DNA of 63,493 nt, counting the filler, from Raillietiella orientalis (Eukaryota), in the NCBI GenBank assembly GCA_036172245.1. It is 3 parts of 3 records of this genome, joined end to end, with 100 filler letters (N's around TTAATTAATTAA, not from the genome) between each part and the next. Parts side by side here need not be neighbours in the genome. Positions count along the whole stretch, not along the records: positions 47,911 to 63,493 come from JAYWIR010000253.1; 2 more parts are not named here. One strand, 5' to 3'. Position numbers and translations under genes: made by a program. Positions within the stretch are counted from its first letter, which is position 1, and each line of letters begins with the position of its first letter. Positions 50,901 through 63,493 of this stretch are shown piece after piece. Below the pieces are notes generated by a model. The model saw nothing but the letters and a program-made list of their open reading frames with translations, did no database searches and was not told the origin of the DNA.

Positions 50901-53900
50901 TCCGAGCATCCGAACGGATTCCTTTCCCCATGGTTGCAAAGGCACCTTTATCACATCCCCACTTCCTCGGAATCCCTTGCTCCAAGGGAAGAAATCATAG
51001 GAGAACCGAACTAATTTCAAGATGGCAGGATTGGTGTTAGTCTGGTTTTCATGGCAACCTTTTTTGCAATGGACAGATGAAGTTTTGTACCCTCCATCTT
51101 CCTTTTTCAGTGCAAATTTGCAGTGTCTGCTGATATCTAATCAATTTCTATAATGTCGATTACATCTTCAAGCTCCTTCCGAGCATCCGAACGGATTCCT
51201 TTCCCCGTGGATGCAACGGCACCTTTATCACATCCCCGCTTCCTCGGAACCCTTGCTCCACGAGAAGAAATCATAGGAGAACCGAACTAATTTCAAGAGT
51301 TCAGGATTGGTGTTAGTCTGGTTTTCATGGCAACCTTTTTTGCAATGGACAGATAAAGTTTTCTTCCCTCCATCTTCCTTTTTTCAGTGCAAATTTGCAG
51401 TGTCTGGTGATTTCAAGACAATTTCTATAATGTCTATTACATCGTTCGGCTCCTTCCGAGCATCCCAACGGATTCCTTTCCCCGTGGATGCAACGGCACC
51501 TTTATCACATCCCCGCTTCCTTGGAACCCTTGCTCCACGAGAAGAAATCATAGGAGAACCGAACTAATTTCAAGAGTTCAGGATTGGTGTTAGTCTGGTT
51601 TTCATGGCAACCTTTTTTGCAATGGACAGATAAAGTTTTCTTCCCTCCATCTTCCTTTTTTCAGTGCAAATTTGCAGTGTCTGGTGATTTCAAGACAATT
51701 TCTATAATGTCTATTACATCGTTCGGCTCCTTCCGAGCATCCCAACGGATTCCTTTCCCCGTGGATGCAACGGCACCTTTATCACATCCCCGCTTCCTTG
51801 GAACCCTTGCTCCACGAGAAGAAATCATAGGAGAACCGAACTAATTTCAAGAGTTCAGGATTGGTGTTAGTCTGGTTTTCATGGCAACCTTTTTTGCAAT
51901 GGACAGATAAAGTTTTCTTCCCTCCATCTTCCTTTTTTCAGTGCAAATTTGCAGTGTCTGGTGATTTCAAGACAATTTCTATAATGTCTATTACATCGTT
52001 CGGCTCCTTCCGAGCATCCCAACGGATTCCTTTCCCCGTGGATGCAACGGCACCTTTATCACATCCCCGCTTCCTCGGAACCCTTGCTCCACGAGAAGAA
52101 ATCATAGGAGAACCGAACTAATTTCAAGAGTTCAGGATTGGTGTTAGTCTGGTTTTCATGGCAACCTTTTTTGCAATGGACAGATAAAGTTTTCTTCCCT
52201 CCATCTTCCTTTTTTCAGTGCAAATTTGCAGTGTCTGCTGATATCTAATCAATTTCTATAATGTCTATTACATCTTTCAGCTCCTTATGAGCATCCCAAC
52301 GGATTTTTTTCCCCATGGATGCGAAGGCACCTTTATCACATCCCCACTTCCTCCGAATTTCTTGCTCCGTGAGAAGAAATCATAGGATAACCGAACTAAT
52401 TTCATGAGTGCAGGATTGGTGTTAGTCTGGTTTTCATGGCAACCTTTTTTGCAATGGACAGATGAAGTTTTCTTCCCTCCATCTTCCTTTTTTCAGTGCA
52501 AATTTGCAGTGTCTGGTGATTTCAAGACAATTTCTATAATGTCTATTACATCGTTCGGCTCCTTCCGAGCATCCCAACGGATTCCTTTCCCCGTGGATGC
52601 AACGGCACCTTTATCACATCCCCGCTTCCTTGGAACCCTTGCTCCACGAGAAGAAATCATAGGAGAACCGAACTAATTTCAAGAGTTCAGGATTGGTGTT
52701 AGTCTGGTTTTCATGGCAACCTTTTTTGCAATGGACAGATAAAGTTTTCTTCCCTCCATCTTCCTTTTTTCAGTGCAAATTTGCAGTGTCTGGTGATTTC
52801 AAGACAATTTCTATAATGTCTATTACATCGTTCGGCTCCTTCCGAGCATCCCAACGGATTCCTTTCCCCATGGATACAAAGGCACCTTTATCACATCCCC
52901 ACTTCCTCGGAATCCCTTGCTCCAAGGGAAGAAATCATAGGAGAACCGAACTAATTTCAAGAGTTCAGGATTGGTGTTAGTCTGGTTTTCATGGCAACCT
53001 TTTTTGCAATGGACAGATAAAGTTTTCTTCCCTCCATCTTCCTTTTTTCAGTGCAAATTTGCAGTGTCTGGTGATTTCAAGACAATTTCTATAATGTCTA
53101 TTACATCGTTCGGCTCCTTCCGAGCATCCCAACGGATTCCTTTCCCCGTGGATGCAACGGCACCTTTATCACATCCCCGCTTCCTCGGAACCCTTGCTCC
53201 ACGAGAAGAAATCATAGGAGAACCGAACTAATTTCAAGAGTTCAGGATTGGTGTTAGTCTGGTTTTCATGGCAACCTTTTTTGCAATGGACAGCAAAAGT
53301 TTTCTTCCCTCCATCTTCCTTTTTTCAGTGCAAATTTGCAGTGTCTGGTGATTTCAAGACAAGTTCTATAATGTCTATTACATCGTTCGGCTCCTTCCGA
53401 GCATCCCAACGGATTCCTTTCCCCATGGATACAAAGGCACCTTTATCACATCCCCACTTCCTCGGAATCCCTTGCTCCAAGGGAAGAAATCATAGGAGAA
53501 CCGAACTAATTTCAAGATGGTAGGATTGGTGTTAGTCCGGTTTTCATGGCAACCATTTTTGCAATGGACAGATGAAGTTTTTACCCAGCATCTTCCTTTT
53601 TTCAGTGCAAATTTGCAGTGTCTGCTGATATCTAATCAATTTCTATAATGTCTATTACATCTTTCAGCTCCTTATGAGCATCCCAACGGATTTTTTTCCC
53701 CATGGATGCGAAGGCACCTTTATCACATCCCCACTTCCTCCGAATTTCTTGCTCCGTGAGAAGAAATCATAGGATAAACGAACTAATTTCATGAGTGCAG
53801 GATTGGTGTTAGTCTGGTTTTCATGGCAACCTTTTTTGCAATGGACAGATAAAGTTTTCTTCCCTCCATCTTCCTTTTTTCAGTGCAAATTTGCAGTGTC

Positions 53901-56900
53901 TGCTGATATCTAATCAATTTTTTTAATGTCTATTACATCTTTAAGCTCCTTCCGAGCATCCGAACGGATTCCTTTCCCCATGGATGCAACGGCACCTTTA
54001 TCACATCCCCGCTTCCTCGGAACCCTTGCTCCACGAGAAGAAATCATAGGAGAACCGAACTAATTTCAAGAGTTCAGGATTGGTGTTAGTCTGGTTTTCA
54101 TGGCAACCTTTTTTGCAATGGACAGATAAAGTTTTCTTCCCTCCATCTTCCTTTTTTCAGTGCAAATTTGCAGTGTCTGGTGATTTCAAGACAATTTCTA
54201 TAATGTCTATTACATCGTTCGGCTCCTTCCGAGCATCCCAACGGATTCCTTTCCCCATGGATACAAAGGCACCTTTATCACATCCCCACTTCCTCGGAAT
54301 CCCTTGCTCCGCAAGAAGAAATCATAGGATAACCGAACTAATTTCATGAGTGCAGGATTGGTGTTAGTCTGGTTTTCATGGCAACCTTTTTTGCAATGGA
54401 CAGATGAAGTTTTCTTCCCTCCATCTTCCTTTTTTCAGTGCAAATTTGCAGTGTCTGGTGATTTCAAGACAATTTCTATAATGTCTATTACATCGTTCGG
54501 CTCCTTCCGAGCATCCCAACGGATTCCTTTCCCCATGGATGCAAAGGCACCTTTATCACATCCCCACTTCCTCGGAACCCTTGCTCCACGAGAAGAAATC
54601 ATAGGAGAACCGAACTAATTTCAAGAGTTCAGGATTGGTGTTAGTCTGGTTTTCATGGCAACCTTTTTTGCAATGGACAGATAAAGTTTTCTTCCCTCCA
54701 TCTTCCTTTTTTCAGTGCAAATTTGCAGTGTCTGGTGATTTCAAGACAATTTCTATAATGTCTATTACATCGTTCGGCTCCTTCCGAGCATCCCAACGGA
54801 TTCCTTTCCCCATGGATACAAAGGCACCTTTATCACATCCCCACTTCCTCGGAATCCCTTGCTCCGCAAGAAGAAATCATAGGATAACCGAACTAATTTC
54901 AAGAGTGCAGGATTGGTGTTAGTCTGGTTTTCATGGCAACCTTTTTTGCAATGGACAGATAAAGTTTTCTTCCCTCCATCTTCCTTTTTTCAGTGCAAAT
55001 TTGCAGTGTCTGGTGATTTCAAGACAATTTCTATAATGTCTATTACATCGTTCGGCTCCTTCCGAGCATCCGAACGGATTCCTTTCCCCATGGATGCAAA
55101 GGCACCTTTATCACATCCCCACTTCCTCGGAATCCCTTGCTCCAAGGGAAGAAATCATAGGAGAACCGAACTAATTTCAAGATGGCAGGATTGGTGTTAG
55201 TCTGGTTTTCATGGCAACCTTTTTTGCAATGGACAGATGAAGTTTTTTACCCTCCATCTTCCTTTTTCAGTGCAAATTTGCAGTGTCTGGTGATTTCAAG
55301 ACAATTTCTATAATGTCTATTACATCGTTCGGCTCCTTCCGAGCATCCGAACGGATTCCTTTCCCCATGGATGCAAAGGCACCTTTATCACATCCCCACT
55401 TCCTCCGAATCCCTTGCTCCACGAGAAGAAATCATAGGAGAACCGAACTAATTTGAAGATGGCAGGATTGGTGTTAGTCTGGTTTTCATGGCAACCATTT
55501 TTGCAATGGACAGATGAAGTTTTTTACCCTCCATCTTCCTTTTTTCAGTGCAAATTTGCAGTGTCTGCTGATATCTAATCAATTTCTATAATGTCGATTA
55601 CATCTTTAAGCTCCTTCCGAGCATCCGAACGGATTCCTTTCCCCGTGGATGCAACGGCACCTTTATCACATCCCCACTTCCTCGGAATCCCTTGCTCCAA
55701 GGGAAGAAATCATAGGAGAACCGAACTAATTTCAAGATGGCAGGATTGGTGTTAGTCTGGTTTTCATGGCAACCATTTTTGCAATGGAGAGATGAAGTTT
55801 TCTTCCCTCCATCTTCCTTTTTTCAGTGCAAATTTGCAGTGTCTGGTGATTTCAAGACAATTTCTATAATGTCTATTACATCGTTCGGCTCCTTCCGAGC
55901 ATCCGAACGGATTCCTTTCCCCATGGATGCAAAGGCACCTTTATCACATCCCCACTTCCTCGGAATCCCTTGCTCCAAGGGAAGAAATCATAGGAGAACC
56001 GAACTAATTTCAAGATGGCAGGATTGGTGTTAGTCTGGTTTTCATGGCAACCATTTTTGCAATGGAGAGATGAAGTTTTTTACCCTCCATCTTCCTTTTT
56101 TCAGTGCAAATTTGCAGTGTCTGCTGATATCTAATAATTTCTATAATGTCGATTACATCTTTAAGCTCCTTCCGAGCATCCGAACGGATTCCTTTCCCCG
56201 TGGATGCAACGGCACCTTTATCACATCCCCGCTTCCTCGGAATCCCTTGCTCCAAGGGAAGAAATCATAGGAGAACCGAACTAATTTCAAGATGGCAGGA
56301 TTGGTGTTAGTCTGGTTTTCATGGCAACCATTTTTGCAATGGACAGATGAAGTTTTTTTCCCTCCATCTTCCTTTTTTCAGTGCAAATTTGCAGTGTCTG
56401 GTGATATCAAAACAATTTCTATAATGTCTATTACATCTTTAAGCTCCTTCCGAGCATCCGAACGGATTCCTTTCCCCATGGATGCAACGGCACCTTTATC
56501 ACATCCCCACTTCCTCGGAATCCCTTGCTCCACGAGAAGAAATCATAGGAGAACCGAACTAATTTCAAGAGTTCAGGATTGGTGTTAGTCTGGTTTTCAT
56601 GGCAACCTTTTTTGCAATGGACAGATAAAGTTTTCTTCCCTCCATCTTCCTTTTTTCAGTGCAAATTTGCAGTGTCTGGTGATTTCAAGACAATTTCTAT
56701 AATGTCTATTACATCGTTCGGCTCCTTCCGAGCATCCCAACGGATTCCTTTCCCCGTGGATGCAACGGCACCTTTATCACATCCCCGCTTCCTCGGAACC
56801 CTTGCTCCACGAGAAGAAATCATAGGAGAACCGAACTAATTTCAAGAGTTCAGGATTGGTGTTAGTCTGGTTTTCATGGCAACCTTTTTTGCAATGGACA

Positions 56901-59900
56901 GATAAAGTTTTCTTCCCTCCATCTTCCTTTTTTCAGTGCAAATTTGCAGTGTCTGGTGATTTCAAGACAATTTCTATAATGTCTATTACATCGTTCGGCT
57001 CCTTCCGAGCATCCCAACGGATTCCTTTCCCCATGGATACAAAGGCACCTTTATCACATCCCCACTTCCTCGGAATCCCTTGCTCCGCAAGAAGAAATCA
57101 TAGGATAACCGAACTAATTTCATGAGTGCAGGATTGGTGTTAGTCTGGTTTTCATGGCAACCATTTTTGCAATGGACAGATGAAGTTTTCTTCCCTCCAT
57201 CTTCCTTTTTTCAGTGCAAATTTGCAGTGTCTGGTGATTTCAAGACAATTTCTATAATGTCTATTACATCGTTCGGCTCCTTCCGAGCATCCCAACGGAT
57301 TCCTTTCCCCATGGATGCAAAGGCACCTTTATCACATCCCCACTTCCTCGGAATCCCTTGCTCCGCAAGAAGAAATCATAGGAGAACCGAACTAATTTCA
57401 AGAGTGCAGGATTGGTGTTAGTCTGGTTTTCATGGCAACCTTTTTTGCAATGGACAGATAAAGTTTTCTTCCCTCCATCTTCCTTTTTTCAGTGCAAATT
57501 TGCAGTGTCTGGTGATTTCAAGACAATTTCTATAATGTCTATTACATCGTTCGGCTCCTTCCGAGCATCCCAACGGATTCCTTTCCCCGTGGATGCAACG
57601 GCACCTTTATCACATCCCCGCTTCCTCGGAACCCTTGCTCCACGAGAAGAAATCATAGGAGAACCGAACTAATTTCAAGAGTTCAGGATTGGTGTTAGTC
57701 TGGTTTTCATGGCAACCTTTTTTGCAATGGACAGATAAAGTTTTCTTCCCTCCATCTTCCTTTTTTCAGTGCAAATTTGCAGTGTCTGGTGATTTCAAGA
57801 CAATTTCTATAATGTCTATTACATCGTTCGGCTCCTTCCGAGCATCCCAACGGATTCCTTTCCCCATGGATGCAAAGGCACCTTTATCACATCCCCACTT
57901 CCTCGGAATCCCTTGCTCCACGAGAAGAAATCATAGGAGAACCGAACTAATTTCAAGATTGCAGGATTGGTGTTAGTCTGGTTTTCATGGCAACCATTTT
58001 TGCAATGGACAGATAAAGTTTTCTTCCCTCCATCTTCCTTTTTTCAGTGCAAATTTGCAGTGTCTGCTGATATCTAATCAATTTCTATAATGTCTATTAC
58101 ATCTTTCAGCTCCTTATGAGCATCCCAACGGATTTTTTTCCCCATGGATGCGAAGGCACCTTTATCACATCCCCACTTCCTCCGAATTTCTTGCTCCGTG
58201 AGAAGAAATCATAGGATAACCGAACTAATTTCATGAGTGCAGGATTGGTGTTAGTCTGGTTTTCATGGCAACCATTTTTGCAATGGACAGATGAAGTTTT
58301 CTTCCCTCCATCTTCCTTTTTTGAGTGCAAATTTGCAGTGTCTGGTGATTTCAAGACAATTTCTATAATGTCTATTACATCGTTCGGCTCCTTCCGAGCA
58401 TCCCAACGGATTCCTTTCCCCGTGGATGCAACGGCACCTTTATCACATCCCCGCTTCCTTGGAACCCTTGCTCCACGAGAAGAAATCATAGGAGAACCGA
58501 ACTAATTTCAAGAGTTCAGGATTGGTGTTAGTCTGGTTTTCATGGCAACCTTTTTTGCAATGGACAGATAAAGTTTTCTTCCCTCCATCTTCCTTTTTTC
58601 AGTGCAAATTTGCAGTGTCTGGTGATTTCAAGACAATTTCTATAATGTCTATTACATCGTTCGGCTCCTTCCGAGCATCCCAACGGATTCCTTTCCCCAT
58701 GGATACAAAGGCACCTTTATCACATCCCCACTTCCTCGGAATCCCTTGCTCCGCAAGAAGAAATCATAGGAGAACCGAACTAATTTCAAGAGTTCAGGAT
58801 TGGTGTTAGTCTGGTTTTCATGGCAACCTTTTTTGCAATGGACAGATAAAGTTTTCTTCCCTCCATCTTCCTTTTTTCAGTGCAAATTTGCAGTGTCTGG
58901 TGATTTCAAGACAATTTCTATAATGTCTATTACATCGTTCGGCTCCTTCCGAGCATCCCAACGGATTCCTTTCCCCGTGGATGCAACGGCACCTTTATCA
59001 CATCCCCGCTTCCTCGGAACCCTTGCTCCACGAGAAGAAATCATAGGAGAACCGAACTAATTTCAAGAGTTCAGGATTGGTGTTAGTCTGGTTTTCATGG
59101 CAACCTTTTTTGCAATGGACAGCAAAAGTTTTCTTCCCTCCATCTTCCTTTTTTCAGTGCAAATTTGCAGTGTCTGGTGATTTCAAGACAAGTTCTATAA
59201 TGTCTATTACATCGTTCGGCTCCTTCCGAGCATCCCAACGGATTCCTTTCCCCATGGATACAAAGGCACCTTTATCACATCCCCACTTCCTCGGAATCCC
59301 TTGCTCCAAGGGAAGAAATCATAGGAGAACCGAACTAATTTCAAGATGGTAGGATTGGTGTTAGTCCGGTTTTCATGGCAACCATTTTTGCAATGGACAG
59401 ATGAAGTTTTTACCCAGCATCTTCCTTTTTTCAGTGCAAATTTGCAGTGTCTGCTGATATCTAATCAATTTCTATAATGTCTATTACATCTTTCAGCTCC
59501 TTATGAGCATCCCAACGGATTTTTTTCCCCATGGATGCGAAGGCACCTTTATCACATCCCCACTTCCTCCGAATTTCTTGCTCCGTGAGAAGAAATCATA
59601 GGATAAACGAACTAATTTCATGAGTGCAGGATTGGTGTTAGTCTGGTTTTCATGGCAACCTTTTTTGCAATGGACAGATAAAGTTTTCTTCCCTCCATCT
59701 TCCTTTTTTCAGTGCAAATTTGCAGTGTCTGCTGATATCTAATCAATTTTTTTAATGTCTATTACATCTTTAAGCTCCTTCCGAGCATCCGAACGGATTC
59801 CTTTCCCCATGGATGCAACGGCACCTTTATCACATCCCCGCTTCCTTGGAACCCTTGCTCCACGAGAAGAAATCATAGGAGAACCGAACTAATTTCAAGA

Positions 59901-62900
59901 GTTCAGGATTGGTGTTAGTCTGGTTTTCATGGCAACCTTTTTTGCAATGGACAGATAAAGTTTTCTTCCCTCCATCTTCCTTTTTTCAGTGCAAATTTGC
60001 AGTGTCTGGTGATTTCAAGACAATTTCTATAATGTCTATTACATCGTTCGGCTCCTTCCGAGCATCCCAACGGATTCCTTTCCCCATGGATGCAAAGGCA
60101 CCTTTATCACATCCCCACTTCCTCGGAATCCCTTGCTCCGCAAGAAGAAATCATAGGAGAACCGAACTAATTTCAAGAGTGCAGGATTGGTGTTAGTCTG
60201 GTTTTCATGGCAACCATTTTTGCAATGGACAGATGAAGTTTTCTTCCCTCCATCTTCCTTTTTTCAGTGCAAATTTGCAGTGTCTGGTGATTTCAAGACA
60301 ATTTCTATAATGTCTATTACATCGTTCGGCTCCTTCCGAGCATCCGAACGGATTCCTTTCCCCATGGATGCAAAGGCACCTTTATCACATCCCCACTTCC
60401 TCGGAATCCCTTGCTCCAAGGGAAGAAATCATAGGAGAACCGAACTAATTTCAAGATGGCAGGATTGGTGTTAGTCTGGTTTTCATGGCAACCTTTTTTG
60501 CAATGGACAGATGAAGTTTTTTACCCTCCATCTTCCTTTTTCAGTGCAAATTTGCAGTGTCTGGTGATTTCAAGACAATTTCTATAATGTCTATTGCATC
60601 GTTCGGCTCCTTCCGAGCATCCGAACGGATTCCTTTCCCCGTGGATGCAACGGAACCTTCATCACATCCCCACTTCCTCGGAATCCCTTGCTCCAAGGGA
60701 AGAAATCATAGGAGAACCGAACTAATTTCAAGATGGCAGGATTGGTGTTAGTCTGGTTTTCATGGCAACCATTTTTGCAATGGACAGATGAAGTTTTTTA
60801 CCCTCCATCTTCCTTTTTTCAGTGCAAATTTGCAGTGTCTGGTGATTTCAAGACAATTTCTATAATGTCTATTACATCGTTCGGCTCCTTCCGAGCATCC
60901 GAACGGATTCCTTTCCCCGTGGATGCAAAGGCACCTTTATCACATCCCCACTTCCTCGGAATCCCTTTGCCCGCAGAAGAAATCAGGATAACTGAACTAA
61001 TTTCATGAGGCAGGATTGGTGTTAGTCTGGTTTTCATGGCAACCTTTTTTGCAATGGACAGATAACGTTTTCTTCCCTCCATCTTCCTTTTTTCAGTGCA
61101 AATTGCAGTGTCTGGTGATTTCAAGACAATTTCTATAATGTCTATTACATCGTTCGGCTTGGGTAAAGAAATCGAACGTGATTCTTCCCCTTTGGTTGCA
61201 AAGGCACCTTTCTCACATCCCCACTTCCTCCGAATACCTTGCTCCACGAGAAGAAATCATAGGATAACCGAACTAATTTCAAGAGTTCAGGATTGGTGTT
61301 AGTCTGGTTTTCATGGCAACCTTTTTTGCAATGGACAGATGAAGTTTTTTACCCTCCATCTTCCTTTTTTCAGTGCAAATTTGCAGTGTCTGCTGATATC
61401 TAATCAATTTCTAAAATGTCGATTACATCTTTAAGCTCCTTCCGAGCATCCGAACGGATTCCTTTCCCCGTGGATGCAACGGAACCTTTATCACATCCCC
61501 ACTTCCTCGGAATCCCTTGCTCCAAGGGAAGAAATCATAGGATAACCGAACTAATTTCATGAGTGCAGGATTGGTGTTAGTCTGGTTTTCATGGCAACCA
61601 TTTTTGCAATGGAGAGATGAAGTTTTCTTCCCTCCATCTTCCTTTTTTCAGTGCAAATTTGCAGTGTCTGGTGATTTCAAGACAATTTCTATAATGTCTA
61701 TTACATCGTTCGGCTCCTTCCGAGCATCCCAACGGATTCCTTTCCCCATGGATACAAAGGCACCTTTATCACATCCCCACTTCCTCGGAATCCCTTGCTC
61801 CAAGGGAAGAAATCATAGGGGAACCGAACTAATTTCAAGATGGCAGGATTGGTGTTAATCTGGTTTTCATGGCAACCATTTTTGCAATGGAGAGATGAAG
61901 TTTTCTTCCCTCCATGTTCCTTTTTTCAGTGCAAATTTGCAGTGTCTGCTGATATCTAATAATTTCTATAATGTGGATTACATCTTCAAGCTCCTTCCGA
62001 GCATCCGAACGGATTCCTTTCCCCGTGGATGCAACGGCACCTTTATCACATCCCCGCTTCCTCGGAATCCCTTGCTCCAAGGGAACAAATCATAGGAGAA
62101 CCGAACTAATTTCAAGATGGCAGGATTGGTGTTAGTCTGGTTTTCATGGCAACCATTTTTGAATGGACAGATGAAGTTTTTTTCCCTCCATCTTCCTGAT
62201 TTCAGTGCAAATTTGCAGTGTCTGGTGATTTCAAGACAATTTCTAGAATGTCGATTACATCTTCAAACTCCTTGCGAGCATCCGAACGGATTCATTTCCC
62301 CGTGGATGCAACGGCACCTTTATCACATCCCCACTTCCTCGGAATCCCTTGCTCCACGAGAAGAAATCATAGGAGAACCGAACTAATTTCAAGAGTTCAG
62401 GATTGGTGTTAGTCTGGTTTTCATGGCAACCTTTTTTGCAATGGACAGATAAAGTTTTCTTCCCTCCATCTTCCTTTTTTCAGTGCAAATTTGCAGTGTC
62501 TGGTGATTTCAAGACAATTTCTATAATGTCTATTACATCGTTCGGCTCCTTCCGAGCATCCCAACGGATTCCTTTCCCCGTGGATGCAACGGCACCTTTA
62601 TCACATCCCCGCTTCCTCGGAACCCTTGCTCCACGAGAAGAAATCATAGGAGAACCGAACTAATTTCAAGAGTTCAGGATTGGTGTTAGTCTGGTTTTCA
62701 TGGCAACCTTTTTTGCAATGGACAGATAAAGTTTTCTTCCCTCCATCTTCCTTTTTTCAGTGCAAATTTGCAGTGTCTGGTGATTTCAAGACAATTTCTA
62801 TAATGTCTATTACATCGTTCGGCTCCTTCCGAGCATCCCAACGGATTCCTTTCCCCATGGATACAAAGGCACCTTTATCACATCCCCACTTCCTCGGAAT

Positions 62901-63493
62901 CCCTTGCTCCGCAAGAAGAAATCATAGGATAACCGAACTAATTTCATGAGTGCAGGATTGGTGTTAGTCTGGTTTTCATGGCAACCATTTTTGCAATGGA
63001 CAGATGAAGTTTTCTTCCCTCCATCTTCCTTTTTTCAGTGCAAATTTGCAGTGTCTGGTGATTTCAAGACAATTTCTATAATGTCTATTACATCGTTCGG
63101 CTCCTTCCGAGCATCCCAACGGATTCCTTTCCCCATGGATACAAAGGCACCTTTATCACATCCCCACTTCCTCGGAATCCCTTGCTCCGCAAGAAGAAAT
63201 CATAGGATAACCGAACTAATTTCATGAGTGCAGGATTGGTGTTAGTCTGGTTTTCATGGCAACCATTTTTGCAATGGACAGATGAAGTTTTCTTCCCTCC
63301 ATCTTCCTTTTTTCAGTGCAAATTTGCAGTGTCTGGTGATTTCAAGACAATTTCTATAATGTCTATTACATCGTTCGGCTCCTTCCGAGCATCCCAACGG
63401 ATTCCTTTCCCCGTGGATGCAAAGGCACCTTTATCACATCCCCACTTCCTCGGAATCCCTTGCTCCACGAGAAGAAATCATAGGAGAACCGAA
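47911..63493. repeat. 277/278-bp tandem satellite array (~56 monomers)
   Basis: GGATTGGTGTTAGTCTGGTTTTCATGGCAACC... recurs every 277-278 bp (ORF-track echoes at 51307, 51584, 51861). Contains the palindrome TGCAAATTTGCA. Confidence 0.98.

Noticed and set aside
48432..63227. Dozens of similar 80-100 aa ORFs (MVLVWFSWQPF...)
   Set aside because: One per satellite monomer, mostly from non-ATG starts, with ends varying by the 277/278 indel. Not a gene family.

Overview
Eukaryotic repeat-only window with no intact protein-coding gene. It is three sequence blocks joined by identical artificial 100-bp spacers (N44-TTAATTAATTAA-N44), so the adjacency of the blocks is not biological evidence. Block 1 (1-23898) is about 133 copies of a 180-bp satellite with two monomer classes and irregular multi-monomer duplications. 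Block 2 (23999-47810) consists almost entirely of decayed non-LTR retrotransposons of the L1/Tx1 type (ORF1 with CCHC zinc knuckles; ORF2 with APE endonuclease, RT and a C-terminal CCHC). It holds two full-length 5.6-kb copies (A, B) joined exactly head-to-tail, plus six members of a second family (P, Q, R, S, T, U), most nested inside one another; one nesting is supported by a TCGA target-site duplication that restores the host reading frame. The most interesting signal is that none of these elements has a long poly(A) tail. Each visible 3' end is instead an AATAAA-like hexamer, a short GC hairpin (family 2: CCCGG-N5-CCGGG, conserved stem, variable loop) and at most 3-5 A. Block 3 (47911-63493) is about 56 copies of a 277/278-bp satellite with a ~5.83-kb 21-monomer higher-order repeat. 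The long ORFs in both satellites are by-products of the repeats. The organism cannot be identified from the sequence.
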